Assembly: GCA_965203805.1 (NCBI GenBank)
Contig: OZ241917.1
Location: 4,928,001 to 4,992,000, forward strand
Source: Candidatus Latescibacterota bacterium
GTDB taxonomy: Bacteria > Latescibacterota > UBA2968 > GCA-2709665
Length of the DNA: 64,000 nt
Direction: 5' to 3'
Shown one piece after another: positions 59,245-64,000 of the stretch. The notes under the pieces are model-generated. The model did no database searches, was not told the DNA's origin, and was given only the letters and a program-made list of their open reading frames with translations. Numbering within the stretch: the first letter of the stretch is position 1; the number at the start of each line of letters is the position of its first letter. The translations under genes were made by a program, and so were the position numbers.

Positions 59245-59295
59245 GAAGATACCTGTACAGATGAGCCTCCGGCTGCGATCGGGCAACCAAGAGCG

Positions 59296-59368
59296 GTGAG
59301 ACGCAAGACGGTAGACGGTAGATGAAAAACCTGAAAGCGGTGAGAGGGTAGACGTTAGACGGTAGATG
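59296..59368. repeat. Heptamer tandem repeats (AGACGGT-like); related run at 59437-59466 and 13509-13537
   Basis: agacgcaagacggtagacggtaga ... gtagacgttagacggtaga. Confidence 0.6.
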
Positions 59369-59430
59369 ACGCCTCTGCCCGATTGGTTCTTCCTTAATGC
59401 CTGCGGCAAGACATGATACCGAACAGGTAT

Positions 59431-59925
59431 TCACATCATCTCACGTCTCACGTTACTTACGTCTCCCCGCCTTTCGTAGACCAAAAGGGTGAACTCGTCG
59501 CGTTCTTCTTTACTTGTGAGCCGCCACTCGCTCTCGTCGAACTCGGGGAAGTAGGTGTCGCCGTCGTAGTCGCCCTTGATGCGGGAGAGAACCATCCTGT
59601 TCGCGATCGGGATGGACTGCCGGTAGATTTCGGCGCCGCCCGCGCTGAAAACGGGTTTCCCGTAGGAGCCGGCTTTCTCAAGCGCCGCTTCGAACGTGCG
59701 GCAGACGTCGACGCCCGGGATTTCCGGGAACGTGCGGCTGACGATCACGTGGGGGCGTTTCCGCAGGGGTTTGCAGCCAATCGACTCGAAGGTTTTGCGC
59801 CCCATGATCAGAACGCCGCCGGTAGTGATTTTCCTGAAATGCCGGAGGTCCTCGGAAACGTGCCAGGGCATGGCATTGTCTTTGCCGATCACCCGGTTGT
59901 CCGCCATGGCGGCGATAACGGTCAT
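59431..59925 (-). CDS. folA: Dihydrofolate reductase
   Basis: IAAMADNRVIG..MPW, MGRKTFESIG, GGAEIY, GDTYFPE; ATGA overlap with rimO. Confidence 0.96.
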   Translation of the reverse strand: MTVIAAMADNRVIGKDNAMPWHVSEDLRHFRKITTGGVLIMGRKTFESIGCKPLRKRPHVIVSRTFPEIPGVDVCRTFEAALEKAGSYGKPVFSAGGAEIYRQSIPIANRMVLSRIKGDYDGDTYFPEFDESEWRLTSKEERDEFTLLVYERRGDVSNVRREMM

Positions 59926-61265
59926 GGCCCCACCGGTGCGGTGATATCCAGCAACTGTGGGGCCGCTGTCGAGCATCCGACGAGATCGTGATCGAGCGCA
60001 TCGGTGATTTCCACGTCTGCGAACTCGCCGATCCGTGCTTCTCCGGAAATGAAGACTTCACCATCTATTTCCGGAGCGTCCATGCGCGTGCGGCCGACAT
60101 AGTCGTACGCAGGATCGTCAGAGGGCCGGTCGACAAGAACGCGGTGCGTGCGACCCACGCATTCGGCGGTGATCTGCGAGGAGATGACGGCCTGGAGGCT
60201 GAGGATGCGGTCCAGTCGTTCCCGTTTTTCGTCTTCCGGCACGTCGTCCTCGAGCCGCCCGGCCCGGGTGCCTTCCTCGTGCGAGTAGAGAAAGCCGACC
60301 AGCCGGTTGAAACGGATTTCCTCGACGAATTCCAGGAGTTCCAGGACGTGTTCCTCTCTCTCGCCGGGAAAACCGGCGATGACGGAGGATCGGAGGGTCA
60401 GGTCGGGCACCCGGTCTCGCAGTTTTCGAATCAACGCGCGGGTGTTCTTCACGGTCGCGCCGCGATTCATCGCCTTGAGCATGGCATCGGAGGCGTGCTG
60501 GATGGGCATGTCCACGTACGCGCACAGCTTTTCCTCTTGCGCCAGGATGTCGATCAGGTCGTCGCGCCAGCCGGTGGGGTACGTGTAGAGCAGGCGGATC
60601 CATTCGAGGCCGTCGACGCGGACGAGTTCGCGCAAGAGGTCCATCAGGCGCGGGCTGCCATAGAGGTCCGCGCCGTATCGCATGGTATCCTGTGCGATCA
60701 GGGCGATTTCCTTCACGCCGCCCGCGGCCATACGCCATGCCTCGGCCACCAGAACCTCGATGGATTCGCTGCGGTTCACGCCACGTATGCCGGGGATGGC
60801 GCAGAAGGCGCAGGTCCGGTCGCAGCCGTCCGAGATGCGCAGGTAAGCCCAGTGACGGGGCGTGAGAAGATGCCTGGCGCCCTCATCGCGGTAGACCCTG
60901 GGACGCGAGATGCCCAACAGCCGGTCGCAATGGGAGACGATCTCGCGTTCGCCGGCCAGACCGACGACCATGTCGGCCTCGGGGATTTCCGCTTCGAGTT
61001 CGTGCCGGTAGCGTTCGGCCAGACACCCTGTGAGTATCAGACCCTTGCAATTGCCGGTTTCCTTGTAGTCGGCGGCTTCGAGGGCCGTAGCGATGGATTC
61101 GTCTTTGGCCGGCTCGATGAAGCCGCACGTGTTCACAACGATGATGTCCGCCTCATCGGGTTCGTCGGCCACCACGTAGTCGTTGGATTCCAGCAGCCGG
61201 TGCATTCGTTCCGAGTCGACGGTATTCTTCGGGCATCCAAGCGTAATGAGATTTACAGACGGCAT
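59922..61265 (-). CDS. rimO: Ribosomal protein S12 methylthiotransferase
   Basis: LGCPKNTVDSE, NTCGFI, GCDRTCAFC, DAPEIDG TRAM domain. Confidence 0.96.
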   Translation of the reverse strand: MPSVNLITLGCPKNTVDSERMHRLLESNDYVVADEPDEADIIVVNTCGFIEPAKDESIATALEAADYKETGNCKGLILTGCLAERYRHELEAEIPEADMVVGLAGEREIVSHCDRLLGISRPRVYRDEGARHLLTPRHWAYLRISDGCDRTCAFCAIPGIRGVNRSESIEVLVAEAWRMAAGGVKEIALIAQDTMRYGADLYGSPRLMDLLRELVRVDGLEWIRLLYTYPTGWRDDLIDILAQEEKLCAYVDMPIQHASDAMLKAMNRGATVKNTRALIRKLRDRVPDLTLRSSVIAGFPGEREEHVLELLEFVEEIRFNRLVGFLYSHEEGTRAGRLEDDVPEDEKRERLDRILSLQAVISSQITAECVGRTHRVLVDRPSDDPAYDYVGRTRMDAPEIDGEVFISGEARIGEFADVEITDALDHDLVGCSTAAPQLLDITAPVGP

Positions 61266-61401
61266 TTGGACGACTCCGGCACAGCGGGTGACAAACGGAT
61301 TCCATCGCTTCCGTCCGAGTTGGCCACGAAGCTTAAGGAAAAAATCGTCGATGCGCCGAATTTTGTCAAGCGGAAGATGGGTTCATAACCGCGAAACACG
61401 T

Positions 61402-62628
61402 ATGAGAATTCAGATCCTCCGATGGGTCGTTGCTCCCTGGTTTTTCCTGTTTGCGGAAGGAAAGCCCCTCCACGCTCACGGGACGGAAATCGGCTTCGAG
61501 TTGACACGAGTCGACAGCGGAAAGGCGTCGGTCAGTCCGTTTTGGGGTTACAACGCGCCCAAGCTGGTTTTCGATGGCGACCATTTTTACACGCTGGGCC
61601 GGTGGGGTCCGCGACAGGATGCCGCCAGAGGCGTTGTCTACCGCAGCAGTGCAGACGGATGGGAGGTCTTCTTCGAATGGGAGGGTCTCCACCATCAACC
61701 GGGTATGGTCCTGCTGGACGCCCAGCGGCGCCTCGTGCTCGTCCACGCGCGCCGCGACGCCGGACCCCGGATACTGCGTCAGCACCGGCGCGGCGACCCG
61801 CACGGATTCGCGGAGATCGCTCTACCGGAGGGACTGGACCGCGCCGGATACATCGGGTCGGCCATGGACGGCGACAGACTGGTCCTCGGATACATTGGCA
61901 GGCCGGGAGCATACTCCTTCCAGACAGCGTGGGTCGACCTGGATACCGGTCTGTGGTCCGGTCCGTTCGTCCTCGCGCCGGCGCAGCGGTCGTCGGAGCC
62001 GTGGACCACGTGGCTGTACCCGCTGATCGTGCCGGACGGCGACGGTTTCCATCTCGTCGTGAGCAACAACGCGTATCGCAGCCCGTATTACAACCGGATC
62101 AACTATCTCTACGTTCCGTATGGAGACCCCGCTTCAGCCGTCGCGGAGGTCGTTGCCGAGGTGTATCCCTGGAAGCAGAATCTGGCCTTTGCCCAGGCGA
62201 CCTGGCTGGCGGCCGATGGGGCGTTGTTTGTCACGGCTGTGCGCCGCCCCGAGGGCGGGAAGAACCAATTGCACGTTTACCGGCGGGACCGGGTCACGCG
62301 GCGGTGGGAGACGGAAACCATGGGGCGTGCGGGCGTTGCCGCGGTCTTCGAGAATCCCGGCGAGTCCGGTCGGTTGTGGATGTCGGGTGCGTCGGGGCAG
62401 GCGCTTCGGCTGTACCGCGGCGAGGATCGTGGTCGAAAATGGTCCACGGTCGCACTGCGCAGTTTCGAGGAATTCGGATTGAAGAATGCCTTCTTCCTGT
62501 ACGGCATTACACCGGCCAGCGGGAGCCTGATACCCGGCCAACCGTGCGCGGTGTTCAGCAGCGGGACCCTTCCCAACACCGAACTGTGGTTCGTTCGGTT
62601 CGAAACCCCGGGTCTGCGGACGAGGTGA
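61402..62628 (+). CDS. Secreted hypothetical protein, beta-propeller/BNR-like
   Basis: Signal-like N-terminus, WGYNAPKLV, EDRGRKW Asp-box-like motif. Confidence 0.65.
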   Translation: MRIQILRWVVAPWFFLFAEGKPLHAHGTEIGFELTRVDSGKASVSPFWGYNAPKLVFDGDHFYTLGRWGPRQDAARGVVYRSSADGWEVFFEWEGLHHQPGMVLLDAQRRLVLVHARRDAGPRILRQHRRGDPHGFAEIALPEGLDRAGYIGSAMDGDRLVLGYIGRPGAYSFQTAWVDLDTGLWSGPFVLAPAQRSSEPWTTWLYPLIVPDGDGFHLVVSNNAYRSPYYNRINYLYVPYGDPASAVAEVVAEVYPWKQNLAFAQATWLAADGALFVTAVRRPEGGKNQLHVYRRDRVTRRWETETMGRAGVAAVFENPGESGRLWMSGASGQALRLYRGEDRGRKWSTVALRSFEEFGLKNAFFLYGITPASGSLIPGQPCAVFSSGTLPNTELWFVRFETPGLRTR

Positions 62629-62732
62629 CCGGCCGCCCTGACGCGCGTACCGACGAGCCGGCGGGGTCCGCGATCGGGTGAAGAGAGGGACTCCGTGCCG
62701 GCGGAGGAGAGGGTCCGTTTTCGGGTTCTTTC

Positions 62733-62760
62733 TTGACAATCGGCGTATCCCGGGTATATT
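62733..62760 (+). promoter_or_regulatory. sigma70 promoter of rpmB
   Basis: TTGACA-16 nt-TATATT. Confidence 0.7.
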
Positions 62761-62894
62761 TAGTCCGTGCGTATTCGCACGCCACAATCGCGTCGCGCTC
62801 GGTCCGGACGGCGTTCCCGCCCGCGAGAGCGAAGCGGTCTCGCCTTCAAGCCGGCTTCGAAAGTAGAATACGGGATTTCCAGGAGGCATCGATC

Positions 62895-63086
62895 ATGGCA
62901 GCAAGATGTTTCGTATGCGGAAAAGGGCCGATGGTCGGCAATCACGTCAGCCACGCCAACAACAAGAAGAAGCGGCGATTCAATCCGAACCTGAGACGGG
63001 TGCGCGCGCAGGTGGACGGCACAACAAGAAGAATCAAGGTCTGTACGAAGTGCATAAAGCTCGGCCGCGTGAACAAAGCCGCATAG
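62895..63086 (+). CDS. rpmB: 50S ribosomal protein L28 (zinc-binding form)
   Basis: [31 protein letters not shown]; AGGAGG RBS. Confidence 0.97.
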   Translation: MAARCFVCGKGPMVGNHVSHANNKKKRRFNPNLRRVRAQVDGTTRRIKVCTKCIKLGRVNKAA

Positions 63087-63169
63087 GGCTTCAGCAACAT
63101 CGTCAGATGTCCATTGTCGGATCCCCGCGGGCGGTTTCGGGGAGATGCTCTCAGAGGCTTCCGCCCCGG

Positions 63170-63204
63170 AAAAACTCACCTTTTGTTTCCAGGTGGGTTT
63201 TTTT
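63170..63204 (+). terminator. Terminator after rpmB
   Basis: AAAAACTCACCT...AGGTGGGTTTTTTT. Confidence 0.75.
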
Positions 63205-63309
63205 ATGTTATCGAACCGCCGCGGGATGGGGAAGGGGGGACGGCGCAGCATGACCCTGTGGGCTGATGCGGAATTCGTACCCGAAGTTCTGGACGGGAAC
63301 GTGGTCTGA

Positions 63310-64000
63310 ATGGACTACTCTCGCTGTAAACGCTACCTGAATACGCTGCAGGACTGGGAGAGGGACGGGATGGCGGCGGGCAGGCCGGAGGACTACCTGC
63401 CGCGGATGCGGGCCCTCTTGCGGCGGACGGGGAATCCACAGAAGGACTTCTCTTCGGTCATTGTCGGCGGGACGAACGGCAAGGGGACGGTGGCCAGCGT
63501 CTTGGCCGCGCTGATGCAGGCATGCGGCCGGCGGACCGGTATGTACACGTCGCCCCATCTTCACACCATCCGCGAACGCATCCGGATCGGCGGCGAAATC
63601 CTGGATAAGGATGACTGGGCGAAAAGGATCGCCGATCTTTACGACCGGACGCGTGGATTCGAAGCAGAGAGGTACGGTTCGTTCACCAAGTTCGAGGCGT
63701 TGACGGCGCTGGCGGCATCCATGTTTGCACGCGCTCGGGTCGAATTCGGCGTGTTTGAGGTGGGGATGGGCGGCCGGTACGACGCGACCAATGCGTGGGA
63801 TGCCGGCGTGGCCGTACTCACGTCGATCGATCTGGACCACACCGAAGTGCTCGGCGATACGGTGGAGGAGATCGCGCTCGACAAGCTCGAAATCTCCCGT
63901 TCCGGCAGGCCGCTCTTCACCTCGGCCGCACAGAAGCCTGAAGTGCTCGCGTTGTTGCGCAGCGAATGTCGTAGACGGGGCGTGGAACTGCGTGTCATCG
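63310..64000 (+). CDS. folC: Folylpolyglutamate/dihydrofolate synthase (runs off right edge)
   Basis: Manual translation: GGTNGKGT, YTSPHL..IRERI, FEVGMGGRYDATN, IDLDHTEVLG. Confidence 0.93.
   Translation, partial: MDYSRCKRYLNTLQDWERDGMAAGRPEDYLPRMRALLRRTGNPQKDFSSVIVGGTNGKGTVASVLAALMQACGRRTGMYTSPHLHTIRERIRIGGEILDKDDWAKRIADLYDRTRGFEAERYGSFTKFEALTALAASMFARARVEFGVFEVGMGGRYDATNAWDAGVAVLTSIDLDHTEVLGDTVEEIALDKLEISRSGRPLFTSAAQKPEVLALLRSECRRRGVELRVI

Noticed and set aside
62761-62894. Structured rpmB leader or the 41395-41677 spacer as ncRNA/riboswitch
   Set aside because: GC-rich hairpins only; I recognise no Rfam motif. An Infernal search would be needed.

Overview
High-GC bacterial chromosomal segment. 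The WD40/EF-hand secreted proteins, PhyH dioxygenases and heparinase-like protein resemble sponge-associated Latescibacterota/Poribacteria-type MAGs (inference only). Left to right: an Oar-type TonB receptor (partial), a ferredoxin-HTH fusion and a radical SAM gene. Next is a lower-GC accessory island (about 3.3-11.3 kb) with MazEF, an orphan antitoxin, an Rpn remnant, an XRE-led cluster ending in DUF3800, REP-like repeat clusters and an AlbA_2/Schlafen-ATPase gene broken by one TAG. Then come two PhyH genes, a sigma54-type pspA unit and NUDIX-coxD-coxE-xdhC. A ~23 kb phosphate locus follows (phoU-pstBACS, porin, TonB receptor plus beta-helix protein behind clear 11-bp pho-box arrays, CHAD-ParA-ppk1, phoR / TA insert / serine hydrolase / phoB). 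The rest holds an RNB nuclease, ridA, an esterase, a metallophosphoesterase-GmhB fusion, a 1420-aa WD40 protein, a heparinase-like gene, thyA-folA-rimO, rpmB and folC (partial). Top leads: (1) a family of 30/33-bp CCTG...CAGG palindromic mini-elements that insert between G and C into other hairpins and into each other, with a three-level nest and an empty-site paralog visible; (2) a ParB-less ParA ATPase between a CHAD polyphosphate-binding protein and ppk1, a candidate polyP-granule positioning system.
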